A DNA stretch of 32,000 nt, from positions 120,001 through 152,000 of the forward strand of contig NZ_AP013293.1 in assembly GCF_000829155.1 (NCBI RefSeq), given 5' to 3'. The stretch comes from Candidatus Karelsulcia muelleri PSPU. GTDB lineage: Bacteria > Bacteroidota > Bacteroidia > Flavobacteriales > Blattabacteriaceae. The position numbers and the translations under genes are program-made. Every line of letters begins with the position of its first letter. Positions within the stretch are counted from its first letter, which is position 1. The notes beneath the pieces were generated by a model. It was given only the letters and a program-made list of their open reading frames with translations, was not told where the DNA came from and ran no database searches. Of the stretch, positions 20,368 through 29,373 are shown in pieces.

Positions 20368-21512
20368 TGAATTTATTCAATGTTTATTCTATTGTAGATA
20401 TCGAAATAATTAAAGGTAGAGGAATATATCTTTATGATAATAAAAATAAAAAATATTTTGATTTTTATGGTGGACATGCTGTAATTTCAATTGGTCATTC
20501 TCATCCTACATACGTAAATAATATAAAAAAACAAATAGAAAAAATTTTTTTTTATTCTAATTCTATAAAAATACCTGAACAAGAAAAATTAGCTAGTATG
20601 CTACTAGAGATATCAGAATATAATGATTATAAAGTTTTTTTATGTAATTCTGGAGCAGAAGCAAATGAAAATGCTATTAAAATTGCGTCTTTTAATAATA
20701 AAAAAAAAAAAATAATAGCATTTAAAAACTCTTTTCATGGCCGTACTAGTGGGGCTATTTCAATTACAGATAATAAAAAAATTATTACTAAATTTAATTC
20801 ACAACATGAAGTTAAATTTTTTTCTTATAAAGATATCTATTTATTAGAAGAAGAATTAAAAAAAGAAGATACTTGTGCTGTTATTTCAGAAGGAATACAA
20901 GGTATAGGAGGTATAATTGATCCAGGAATATTTTTTTTTAAAAAAATATATTCTTTATGTAGAAAATATAATACTATTCTTATACTAGATGAAATACAAA
21001 GTGGTTATGGTAGAACAGGATTATTTTTTGCACATCAAAATTCTGGGATTAAACCAGATATAATTACTATTGCTAAAGGAATGGGAAATGGATTCCCTAT
21101 AGGGGGAGTAATTATAAATCCTAAATTTAAACCATTTAATGGAATGTTAGGAACTACATTTGGTGGAAACTATTTAGCTTGTTCTTCTGGAATTTCTGTT
21201 TTAGAAATTATAAAAAATGAATGTCTTATATATAAGGCAAAAAAAAATGGAAAAATATTTATTAATTCTTTAAAAGAAATTGATGAAATTAAAGAAATTA
21301 GAGGAAGAGGTCTTATGCTTGGGCTTAATTTTAATTTTAAAATACAAAAATTAATAAATATTTTAATAAAAAATGAAAATATTTTTGTAGGATCTTCTTT
21401 TAATAAAAAGATAATAAGATTATTACCTCCTCTTACTATAGAAGAAAAACATATAAAAACTTTTATTTTAAAATTAAAAAAAGCATTGTATTTTTTAAAA
21501 AATGATAAATAA
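20367..21512 (+). CDS. argD: Acetyl(acyl)ornithine aminotransferase
   Basis: FYGGHAVISIGHSHP, CNSGAEANENAIKIA, NSFHGRTSGAISIT, LDEIQSGYGRTG, TIAKGMGNGFPIGGV, GTTFGGNYLACSSG. Confidence 0.95.
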   Translation: MNLFNVYSIVDIEIIKGRGIYLYDNKNKKYFDFYGGHAVISIGHSHPTYVNNIKKQIEKIFFYSNSIKIPEQEKLASMLLEISEYNDYKVFLCNSGAEANENAIKIASFNNKKKKIIAFKNSFHGRTSGAISITDNKKIITKFNSQHEVKFFSYKDIYLLEEELKKEDTCAVISEGIQGIGGIIDPGIFFFKKIYSLCRKYNTILILDEIQSGYGRTGLFFAHQNSGIKPDIITIAKGMGNGFPIGGVIINPKFKPFNGMLGTTFGGNYLACSSGISVLEIIKNECLIYKAKKNGKIFINSLKEIDEIKEIRGRGLMLGLNFNFKIQKLINILIKNENIFVGSSFNKKIIRLLPPLTIEEKHIKTFILKLKKALYFLKNDK

Positions 21513-22584
21513 AAAAGCCCAATTAATTTTGGAGGATGGTAGTATTTATGAAGCTTATAGTTTTGGTTATGAAAAATCCTCAGCTGGAGAAATAGTATTT
21601 AACACCTCAATGACTGGTTATAATGAAAGTTTAACGGATCCTTCTTATAAAGGACAGATATTAGTTTGTACTTATCCATTAATCGGAAATTATGGAATTC
21701 CTCCAATAACTTCAAATAAAAAAAAACTAAAAATATTTTTTGAATCAAATAATATTAATGTTTCTGGATTAATAATCTCTTCTTATTCAGAGAATGCATT
21801 CCACTGGAATATGTATAAAAAATTATCATATTTTTTAAAAATTAATAAGACCGTAGGTCTCTATTCCATAGATACAAGATCACTTACAAAAAAACTTAGA
21901 GATAAAGGAACTATGTTAGGAAAAATAATTATTTCAGATAATGTAAAATTTTATAATCCAGATAAATATAATTTAGTATATAAGGTTTCTATAAGAAAAA
22001 AAAAAATATATGGAAATGGAAAATATAAAATTTTGCTTATAGATTGTGGGGTTAAAAATAATATTATTAGATGTTTCTTAGAAAGAAATTGCACTGTAAT
22101 AAGAGTTCCTTGGAATTATAATTTTCTAAATGAAGAATATGATGGTTTATTTATTTCTAATGGTCCAGGAAATCCAAAAGAATATAAAACTACAATAAAT
22201 AATATTAGTAAAGTTTTGATATGTAATAAACCTATTTTTGGAATATGTTTAGGAAATCAATTATTAGGTCTTGCTGCAGGTTTCGATACACATAAACTTA
22301 AATATGGTCATAGGAGTAATAATCAACCTGTGATTTTATCAGGAACTAATAGGTGTTTTATTACTTCACAAAATCATGGATATGTAATAGATTCAAATAA
22401 AATTCCAAATGGATGGAAAATTTTGTTTAAAAATTTAAATGATAATACTTGTGAAGGATTAATAAATTTTGAAAAATCTTTTATTTCAGTTCAATTCCAT
22501 CCAGAAGCATCAAGTGGGCCTACTGATACTCAATTTCTTTTTGATGTATTTTTGAAATTTATAAAATGTAAAAAGAAGAAATAG
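21502..22584 (+). CDS. carA: Carbamoyl-phosphate synthase small chain
   Basis: LILEDGSIYEAYSFG, MTGYNESLTDPSYKGQILVCTYPLIGNYG, GLYSIDTRSLTKKLRDKG, SNGPGNP, FGICLGNQLLGLAAG, VQFHPEASSGPTDTQ. Confidence 0.96.
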   Translation: MINKKAQLILEDGSIYEAYSFGYEKSSAGEIVFNTSMTGYNESLTDPSYKGQILVCTYPLIGNYGIPPITSNKKKLKIFFESNNINVSGLIISSYSENAFHWNMYKKLSYFLKINKTVGLYSIDTRSLTKKLRDKGTMLGKIIISDNVKFYNPDKYNLVYKVSIRKKKIYGNGKYKILLIDCGVKNNIIRCFLERNCTVIRVPWNYNFLNEEYDGLFISNGPGNPKEYKTTINNISKVLICNKPIFGICLGNQLLGLAAGFDTHKLKYGHRSNNQPVILSGTNRCFITSQNHGYVIDSNKIPNGWKILFKNLNDNTCEGLINFEKSFISVQFHPEASSGPTDTQFLFDVFLKFIKCKKKK

Positions 22585-22589
22585 TCTAT

Positions 22590-25500
22590 ATGAAACTAGA
22601 AAAAGTATTAGTGATAGGATCCGGTGCCTTAAAAATAGGAGAAGCAGGAGAATTTGATTATTCTGGAACACAAGCTTTAAAAGCTCTTAAAGAAGAAAAT
22701 ATTTTTACAATTTTAGTAAATCCTAATATAGCTACAGTTCAAACATCTGAAAAAATAGCTGATAAAATTTATTCATTACCTATTACCCCTTTTTTTGTTG
22801 AAAAAATAATAGAAAAAGAAAAACCACAAGGAATATTCCTTTCATTTGGTGGGCAAACAGCTTTAAATTGTGGAATTGAATTATATAATAATGGTGTTTT
22901 TAAAAAAAACAATGTAAAAGTTTTAGGAACTCCTATATCCTATATTATTAAAAGTGAAGATCGTGATATTTTTAGAAAAATGTTAATTAATATAGGAATA
23001 AACATAGCTAAAAGTATAGCTGTAAATTCTGTATATGAGGCGATAAATGCATCTAATGAAATAGGATTTCCTTTGATAATTAGATCAGCTTATGCTCTGG
23101 GTGGTTTGGGAAGTGGATTTGCTAAAAATGTAGATGAATTAAAAAAAATATCAAGTGTTGCATTATCTTATTCTTCTCAAATTCTTATAGAAGAATCACT
23201 AAAAGGTTGGAAAGAAATTGAATATGAAGTTGTAAGAGATATTTATGATAATTGTATTACTGTATGTAATATGGAAAATATAGATCCTATAGGAATTCAT
23301 ACTGGAGATAGCATTGTAGTTGCCCCCTCTCAAACATTGAATAATATAGAATATAATAGATTACGATCTATTTCTATAAAAATAGCTAGATATTTTAATA
23401 TAATAGGTGAATGTAATGTTCAATTTGCTTTGTCTAATAATTCAGATAAATATAATGTTATTGAGATAAATGCTCGTTTATCAAGATCAAGTGCGTTAGC
23501 TTCTAAAGCTACAGGATATCCTTTAGCTTTTATAGCTGCTAAATTAGCATTAGGATATGGATTACATGAATTAAAAAATACTGTAACTAAATTAACATAT
23601 GCCTTTTTTGAACCAGCTTTAGATTATATTGTTTGTAAAATCCCCCGTTGGGATTTAAAAAAATTTGATGGTGTATCTACTAAAATTGGGAGTAGTATGA
23701 AAAGTGTAGGTGAGTTAATGTCTATAGGTGGTTCGTTTGAAGAAGCAATTCAAAAAGGACTTAGAATGTTAGATTTAGGTTTATATGGATTTATAAATCC
23801 ATTAAAAAAAAAAAAAAAAATAAAATCAGTAATAAAGATTTTAAAATCTCCTAAATATAATAGAATAGAAGTTCTTGAGGATGCATTTGAAAAGGGCTTA
23901 TCAGTATATGATATAACAAATATTACAAATATAAATCCTTGGTTTATTTATAAATTAGAAAATATTTATAAAACTAAAAAAAAATTAAAATTTTATAATA
24001 AAAAAAATTATATTACATATGATTTATTATATAAATCAAAAAAACAAGGATTTTCAGATAATCAAATTGCAGGACTTATATCATCATCAATTGATGAAAT
24101 AACTAAATTATCAAATAATATAAGAAATTATAGGAAAAAAAAAAAAATAATACCCTTTACCAGGCAAATTGATACATTAGCATCTGAATATCCATCAAAA
24201 ACTAATTATTTATATTTAACTTATAATGGAGAACATCATGATGTTTCGTATTCTGAAAAAGAAAAATCAATTGTGATTTTAGGATCAGGTGTATATAGAA
24301 TTGGTAGTAGTGTAGAATTTGATTGGTGTTGTGTTAGTGGATTAGATTTTATAAAAAAAGAAGGATATCGTTCAGTAATAATAAATTATAATCCAGAAAC
24401 AGTAAGTACAGATTTTGATGTCTGCGATAGATTATATTTTGAAGAACTTAGTTTAGAAAGAGTATTAGATATAATAGAATTAGAAAATCCTGAAGGGACT
24501 GTTATATCTATGGGGGGCCAAATTCCAAATAATTTATCATTACCTCTTTATAAAAAGAAAGTTAAAATATTAGGAACTTCTCCAATTCATATAGATGAAG
24601 TAGAAGATAGATTTAAATTTTCTAAATCTCTAGATAAATTAAATATACTTCAACCAAAATGGAAAGAATTATCTAATATTTATGATGTTTATCATTTTAT
24701 AAATTTAGTAGGATTTCCTATTATTATTAGACCTTCTTATGTTTTATCTGGAGCTGCTATGAATATAGTTTTTGATAAAAAAAAATTAGATTTCTGTTTA
24801 AAAAAAGCTAAAACTATATCTCCTAAATATCCTATAGTAATAACAAAATTTATAGAAAATGCAAAAGAAATAGAATTAGATGCTGTTGCAAATAATGGAA
24901 AAATGATATATCATGCTATATCAGAACATATAGAATATGCAGGTGTTCATTCTGGAGATGCTACATTAGTATATCCTACCCAAAATATTTCATTAAATAC
25001 TATTAAAAAAATAAAAAATATTTCAAAAAAAATAGCTAAAAGATTTAATATATCAGGTCCATTTAATATACAATTTTTATATAAAAAAAAAAAAATAAAA
25101 GTAATTGAATGTAACTTAAGAGCTTCAAGAAGTTTTCCTTTTATATCAAAAGTTTCACATTTGAATATGGTAGAATTAGCGATGAAAGTTCTTTTAAAGA
25201 AGAAAAATATTGATAAAAATATCACTAATTTTTTAACAATTGATTATGTAGGTGTAAAATCTTCACAATTTTCATTTTCTAGGCTTGAAGGTTCAGACCC
25301 AATATTAGGTGTAGATATGGTTTCTACAGGAGAAGTAGGATGTTTAGGATCTTCTTTTAATGAAGCTCTAATAAAATCTATGTTATCTGTTGGTTATAAT
25401 ATCCCCAAAAAAAATATATTTATTTATATAAAATCTCTAAAAAATAGAATAATAATGTTAGATTATATAAAATTATTAATAATAAATAATTATATTCTTT

Positions 25501-25796
25501 TTTCTAAAGATGAAACTTATAATTTTTTTATTAAAAATAAAATTTTTTGTAAAAAAAATTCTTCTACTAAGAAAAGTAGTAATATAATTGATAATTTAAA
25601 ATCTAATAAAATAGATCTTATAATTAATATTCCCTATAAAAATAATAAAAATGATTATTTAATTAGACGTGCAGCTATAAATTTGAATATTCCTTTATTA
25701 ACTAATATTTGCTTAGCAAAAGTTTTTATAAAATCGTTTTGTGAAATAAAATCATTTAAAAAAATTTATATATCTCACTGGAATAGTTATAAATAA
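22590..25796 (+). CDS. carB: Carbamoyl-phosphate synthase large chain
   Basis: VLVIGSGALKIGEAGEFDYSGTQALKAL, PTVQTS-like IATVQTS, two ATP-grasp halves, VILGSGVYRIGSSVEFDWCCV, RPSYVLSGAAMNIV, HSGDATLVYPTQ, C-terminal MGS-like domain. Confidence 0.96.
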   Translation: MKLEKVLVIGSGALKIGEAGEFDYSGTQALKALKEENIFTILVNPNIATVQTSEKIADKIYSLPITPFFVEKIIEKEKPQGIFLSFGGQTALNCGIELYNNGVFKKNNVKVLGTPISYIIKSEDRDIFRKMLINIGINIAKSIAVNSVYEAINASNEIGFPLIIRSAYALGGLGSGFAKNVDELKKISSVALSYSSQILIEESLKGWKEIEYEVVRDIYDNCITVCNMENIDPIGIHTGDSIVVAPSQTLNNIEYNRLRSISIKIARYFNIIGECNVQFALSNNSDKYNVIEINARLSRSSALASKATGYPLAFIAAKLALGYGLHELKNTVTKLTYAFFEPALDYIVCKIPRWDLKKFDGVSTKIGSSMKSVGELMSIGGSFEEAIQKGLRMLDLGLYGFINPLKKKKKIKSVIKILKSPKYNRIEVLEDAFEKGLSVYDITNITNINPWFIYKLENIYKTKKKLKFYNKKNYITYDLLYKSKKQGFSDNQIAGLISSSIDEITKLSNNIRNYRKKKKIIPFTRQIDTLASEYPSKTNYLYLTYNGEHHDVSYSEKEKSIVILGSGVYRIGSSVEFDWCCVSGLDFIKKEGYRSVIINYNPETVSTDFDVCDRLYFEELSLERVLDIIELENPEGTVISMGGQIPNNLSLPLYKKKVKILGTSPIHIDEVEDRFKFSKSLDKLNILQPKWKELSNIYDVYHFINLVGFPIIIRPSYVLSGAAMNIVFDKKKLDFCLKKAKTISPKYPIVITKFIENAKEIELDAVANNGKMIYHAISEHIEYAGVHSGDATLVYPTQNISLNTIKKIKNISKKIAKRFNISGPFNIQFLYKKKKIKVIECNLRASRSFPFISKVSHLNMVELAMKVLLKKKNIDKNITNFLTIDYVGVKSSQFSFSRLEGSDPILGVDMVSTGEVGCLGSSFNEALIKSMLSVGYNIPKKNIFIYIKSLKNRIIMLDYIKLLIINNYILFSKDETYNFFIKNKIFCKKNSSTKKSSNIIDNLKSNKIDLIINIPYKNNKNDYLIRRAAINLNIPLLTNICLAKVFIKSFCEIKSFKKIYISHWNSYK
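23804..23820 (+). repeat. Poly-A run of 17 nt inside carB
   Basis: Counted directly; encodes LKKKKKI. Confidence 0.93.
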
Positions 25797-25804
25797 TTAA
25801 AATA

Positions 25805-26746
25805 ATGAAAAAATTTATTAGTGTAAATGATGTAAAAGATGTTAAACAACTTATAGATAAAGCTATAAAATTAAAAAAAAATACTTTTAAAAAAAAAAAA
25901 ATTTGCAAAACTATTGGATTAGTATTTTTTAATACTAGTTTAAGAACACGTTTAAGTAGTCAAAAAGCTGCTTTTAATATAGGTTGTAATACTTGGATTT
26001 TAAATATAGATTCAGATTCTTGGAAAATAGAGAAATCTGATGGATCAGTTATGAATTCTACACAAGAACATATTAAAGAAGCGATAGGTGTAATGAGTTT
26101 ATATTGTGATATCTTAGCAGTAAGAACATTTCCATGTCTTATTGATAGAGAATATGATTACGAAGAAATTTTACTAAAAAAAATAATAAAATATTCAAAA
26201 GTTCCAGTAGTTAATCTTGAAAGTGCTACTTTACATCCTTTACAATCATTAGCAGATTTAATGACAATTGAAGAATTTAAAAAAAAAAAAAAAATAAAAA
26301 TAGTTTTAAGTTGGGCCCCTCATATAAAAGCCTTGCCTCAATCAGTTCCAAATTCGTTTATAGAATGGGTAAAAAAAATAAAAGATATAAAATTATATAT
26401 TACTAATCCATATGGATATAATTTGAATAGTCATTTTACAAATGGCATAAAATTGATTAATAATCAAAATGAAGCTTTTAAAAATGCAGATTTTATCTAT
26501 GCTAAAAATTGGAGTAGTTATGATAATTATGGTAAAATTATTTGTAAGGATTTATCTTGGACTATTACAAAAAAAAAAATGAAATTAACTAATGAAGCTA
26601 AATTTATGCATTGTTTACCAGTAAGAAGAAATTTAGTAGTAGAAGATGCTGTTTTAGATGATAAAAATTCTATTGTTTTAAATCAAGCAGAAAATAGAAT
26701 TTTTGCGACACAAACAGTATTTCTAGAAATATTAGAAAATATATGA
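25805..26746 (+). CDS. argF': ArgF'-type N-acyl(acetyl/succinyl)ornithine carbamoyltransferase
   Basis: FFNTSLRTRLSSQKAAFNIG (not the classical STRTR context), HPLQSLADLMTIEE, SWAPHIKALPQSVPNSF, ADFIYAKNWSSY, FMHCLPVRRNLVVEDAVLD. Confidence 0.88.
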   Translation: MKKFISVNDVKDVKQLIDKAIKLKKNTFKKKKICKTIGLVFFNTSLRTRLSSQKAAFNIGCNTWILNIDSDSWKIEKSDGSVMNSTQEHIKEAIGVMSLYCDILAVRTFPCLIDREYDYEEILLKKIIKYSKVPVVNLESATLHPLQSLADLMTIEEFKKKKKIKIVLSWAPHIKALPQSVPNSFIEWVKKIKDIKLYITNPYGYNLNSHFTNGIKLINNQNEAFKNADFIYAKNWSSYDNYGKIICKDLSWTITKKKMKLTNEAKFMHCLPVRRNLVVEDAVLDDKNSIVLNQAENRIFATQTVFLEILENI

Positions 26747-27516
26747 TTAATGTTGTTAAAATAGGAGGTGAGATTATAGATAATAAAAACTTATTAATTT
26801 ATTCTTTAAAAAATTTTTCTAAATTAGATGGATATAAAATACTAGTCCATGGAGGAGGAAAAATAGCTGATATTTTTTCAAAAAAAATGGGATATAATAA
26901 TAATATTATAAATGGTAGACGTATTACAGATAAAACTACATTAGATATAGTAGTAATGACATATTCTGGTCTTATAAATAAAAGAATAGTATCAAAATTA
27001 CAAAGTTTAGGATTAAATTCTCTAGGATTTTCTGGAGCAGATGGAAATATAGTTAAATCATATAAACGTCCTATTAAAGATATAGATTATGGATATGTTG
27101 GTAATTTAAAGATTAATAGCATTAATACTGATTTAATAAAGTATATGTTTAAAATTGGAATAATTCCTGTTTTATCTCCTATTACTCATGATGGAAATGG
27201 AAATCTATTAAATACAAATGCAGATACTATAGCTTCTTATTTATCTATTTCTTTATCAAAAGAATATAAAGTAATTTTATCCTATATTTTTAATAAAATT
27301 GGTGTTTTAAATAATTTAAATGATGAAAAATCATATTATTCTAATATAGAAGAAAATTTATTTAAAAAATTAAAAAATAATAATATTATAAACAAAGGAA
27401 TGATTCCAAAATTAGAAAATGCTTTTTATGCATTAAAAAATGGAGTTTACAAAGTAACAATATCTCATCCTAATTATTTAAATAATACTACAAAAAAAAC
27501 TATTATATGTCTGTAA
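26743..27516 (+). CDS. argB: Acetyl(acyl)glutamate kinase
   Basis: VVKIGGEIIDN, LVHGGGKIADIFSKKMG, NGRRITD, DGNGNLLNTNADTIAS, KGMIPKLENAFYALKNGV. Confidence 0.94.
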   Translation: MINVVKIGGEIIDNKNLLIYSLKNFSKLDGYKILVHGGGKIADIFSKKMGYNNNIINGRRITDKTTLDIVVMTYSGLINKRIVSKLQSLGLNSLGFSGADGNIVKSYKRPIKDIDYGYVGNLKINSINTDLIKYMFKIGIIPVLSPITHDGNGNLLNTNADTIASYLSISLSKEYKVILSYIFNKIGVLNNLNDEKSYYSNIEENLFKKLKNNNIINKGMIPKLENAFYALKNGVYKVTISHPNYLNNTTKKTIICL

Positions 27517-28580
27517 TAAATTTACAAAAATTAAAAAAAGAATGTATTAAGTTATTAAAAAAACTTATTAACACCCCTTCTCTTTCAAAAGAGGAAAAAA
27601 AAACTGCAGATATTATAGAATCTTTTTTTAAAAAATATAAATTAAATACAAAAAGAAAATATAATAATATATGGATTGAAAATAATAATTATGATTATGA
27701 TAATTATACAATACTATTAAATTCTCATCATGATACGATTAAACCATCTAACGGATGGTATACAGATCCATTTGTAGTTAAAGAAGATGGAGATAAAATT
27801 ATTGGATTAGGAAGTAATGATGCAGGAGGTTCTGTTGTTTCATTGATTGCAACTTTTATTTATATTAATAGTTTACCAAAATATAAATATAAACTTATAC
27901 TTATTATAAGTGCTGAAGAAGAAATTCGTGCCACAAGAGGGGTAGAAAGTATATTATGTGATTTAGGTAAAATAAATTTAGGAATTATAGGAGAACCTAC
28001 AAATATGCAGATGGCAATAGCTGAAAAAGGATTAATTGTTTTAGATTGTTTATCTATTGGAAAAACTGGTCATGCAGCAAGATATGAAGGTATAAACGCT
28101 TTATATATTGCCATAAATGACATAATATGGTTAAAAAATTATGTATTTGAAAAAAAATCAGATTTATTAGGAAAAATAAAATTAACAGTAACAAAAATAC
28201 AATGTGGTATACAAAGAAATGTAATACCAGATACTTGTTATTTTACTGTAGATATTAGAACTAATGAAATATATTCTCATGAAGAGATTATAAATAAAAT
28301 AAAAAAAAATATAAAATCTAAAATAATATCAAGTTCATATAGACTTAAATCATCTTATATAGATGAGAAGAATAAAATTGTAAAAATATCTAAAAATATG
28401 AATATAAAAATATTTGGATCCCCCACTTTATCTGATCAAAGTGTAATGAATTTTCCTACAGTAAAAATAGGAGTAGGGGATAGTTCTCGTTCTCATACTC
28501 CTAATGAGTATATACTTATATCAGAAATAGAAGATGGTATTGATTTATATATAAAAATATTACTTAATTTTATAAAATAA
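27507..28580 (+). CDS. argE: M20-family deacylase, ArgE-like (N-acyl-citrulline/ornithine deacylase)
   Basis: LLNSHHDTIKPSNGWYTDPF, GLGSNDAGGSVVSLIATF, SAEEEIRATRGVESIL, GEPTNMQMAIAEKGLIVLD, GKTGHAAR. Confidence 0.92.
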   Translation: MSVINLQKLKKECIKLLKKLINTPSLSKEEKKTADIIESFFKKYKLNTKRKYNNIWIENNNYDYDNYTILLNSHHDTIKPSNGWYTDPFVVKEDGDKIIGLGSNDAGGSVVSLIATFIYINSLPKYKYKLILIISAEEEIRATRGVESILCDLGKINLGIIGEPTNMQMAIAEKGLIVLDCLSIGKTGHAARYEGINALYIAINDIIWLKNYVFEKKSDLLGKIKLTVTKIQCGIQRNVIPDTCYFTVDIRTNEIYSHEEIINKIKKNIKSKIISSSYRLKSSYIDEKNKIVKISKNMNIKIFGSPTLSDQSVMNFPTVKIGVGDSSRSHTPNEYILISEIEDGIDLYIKILLNFIK

Positions 28581-28640
28581 TTTTATTATATTTGTATATA
28601 AATAATGTAATTGTATAAAATACCTGTTTTATTATATTTT

Positions 28641-28714
28641 GGTCTGGTAGTTCAGATGGTTAGAATACGTGCCTGTCACGCACGGGGTCGCGGGTTCGAA
28701 TCCCGTCCAGACCG
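28641..28714 (+). tRNA. tRNA-Asp (anticodon GTC)
   Basis: GGTCTGG/CCAGACC acceptor, anticodon stem-loop CGTGC-CTGTCAC-GCACG, T-arm GCGGGTTCGAATCCCGT. CCA is not encoded. Confidence 0.97.
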
Positions 28715-28743
28715 CTTATTTTATAAAGATAGTGTATATATAG

Positions 28744-28816
28744 TGACCTGGCTGGGACTCGAACCCAGGACCCTTACATTAAAAGTGTAATGCTCTACCA
28801 ACTGAGCTACCAAGTC
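28744..28816 (-). tRNA. tRNA-Lys (anticodon TTT)
   Basis: Minus strand GACTTGGTAGCTCAGTTGGTAGAGCATTACACTTTTAATGTAAGGGTCCTGGGTTCGAGTCCCAGCCAGGTCA; acceptor GACTTGG/CCAGGTC, loop CTTTTAA. Confidence 0.97.
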
Positions 28817-28862
28817 AATATATAAATATACTATAATTTTATTTTATTTACAAATAAATATT

Positions 28863-29372
28863 TTGAAAATTATACTAATAGGATATATGGGGTCTGGAAA
28901 GACAACTATAGGTAAAAAATTAGCTAATAATTTAAATAATAAATTCTATGATTTAGATAAAAAAATTATAGAATATACTAAAAAAAGTATTTATGAGTTA
29001 TTTGAAATATATGGTGAAAACAAATTCAGAAAATTAGAATATTTTATATTAAAAAAATTTTTAAAAAAAAAAAAATCCTATATTTTATCAGTAGGGGGGG
29101 GAACTCCTTGTTATAACAACAACATATTTTTAATGAAAAAATATTCAAAAATTTTTTATTTAAATGCTGAAATTAATACTTTATTTACCCGTCTTTTAAA
29201 GCAAAAAAAAAATAGACCTTTAATATCAAAATTAGATAAAAATGATTTATATAATTTTATTTGTGATTCTTTGAGTAAAAGATTGTTTTTTTATAAAAAA
29301 GCTGATTTTACAATAAATATAAAAACAAAATCATTATTAGAAATAGTAAAAGAAATAATAAATATTATTTAA
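28863..29372 (+). CDS. aroK: Shikimate kinase, TTG start
   Basis: IILIGYMGSGKTTIGKKLA, FYDLDKKIIE, FRKLEY, VGGGTP, RPLI. Confidence 0.94.
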   Translation: MKIILIGYMGSGKTTIGKKLANNLNNKFYDLDKKIIEYTKKSIYELFEIYGENKFRKLEYFILKKFLKKKKSYILSVGGGTPCYNNNIFLMKKYSKIFYLNAEINTLFTRLLKQKKNRPLISKLDKNDLYNFICDSLSKRLFFYKKADFTINIKTKSLLEIVKEIINII

Positions 29373-29373
29373 T

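Noticed and set aside
24947-25225. Minus-strand ORF of 92 aa antisense to carB
   Set aside because: Phe/Ile-rich product from antisense poly-A; not supported.
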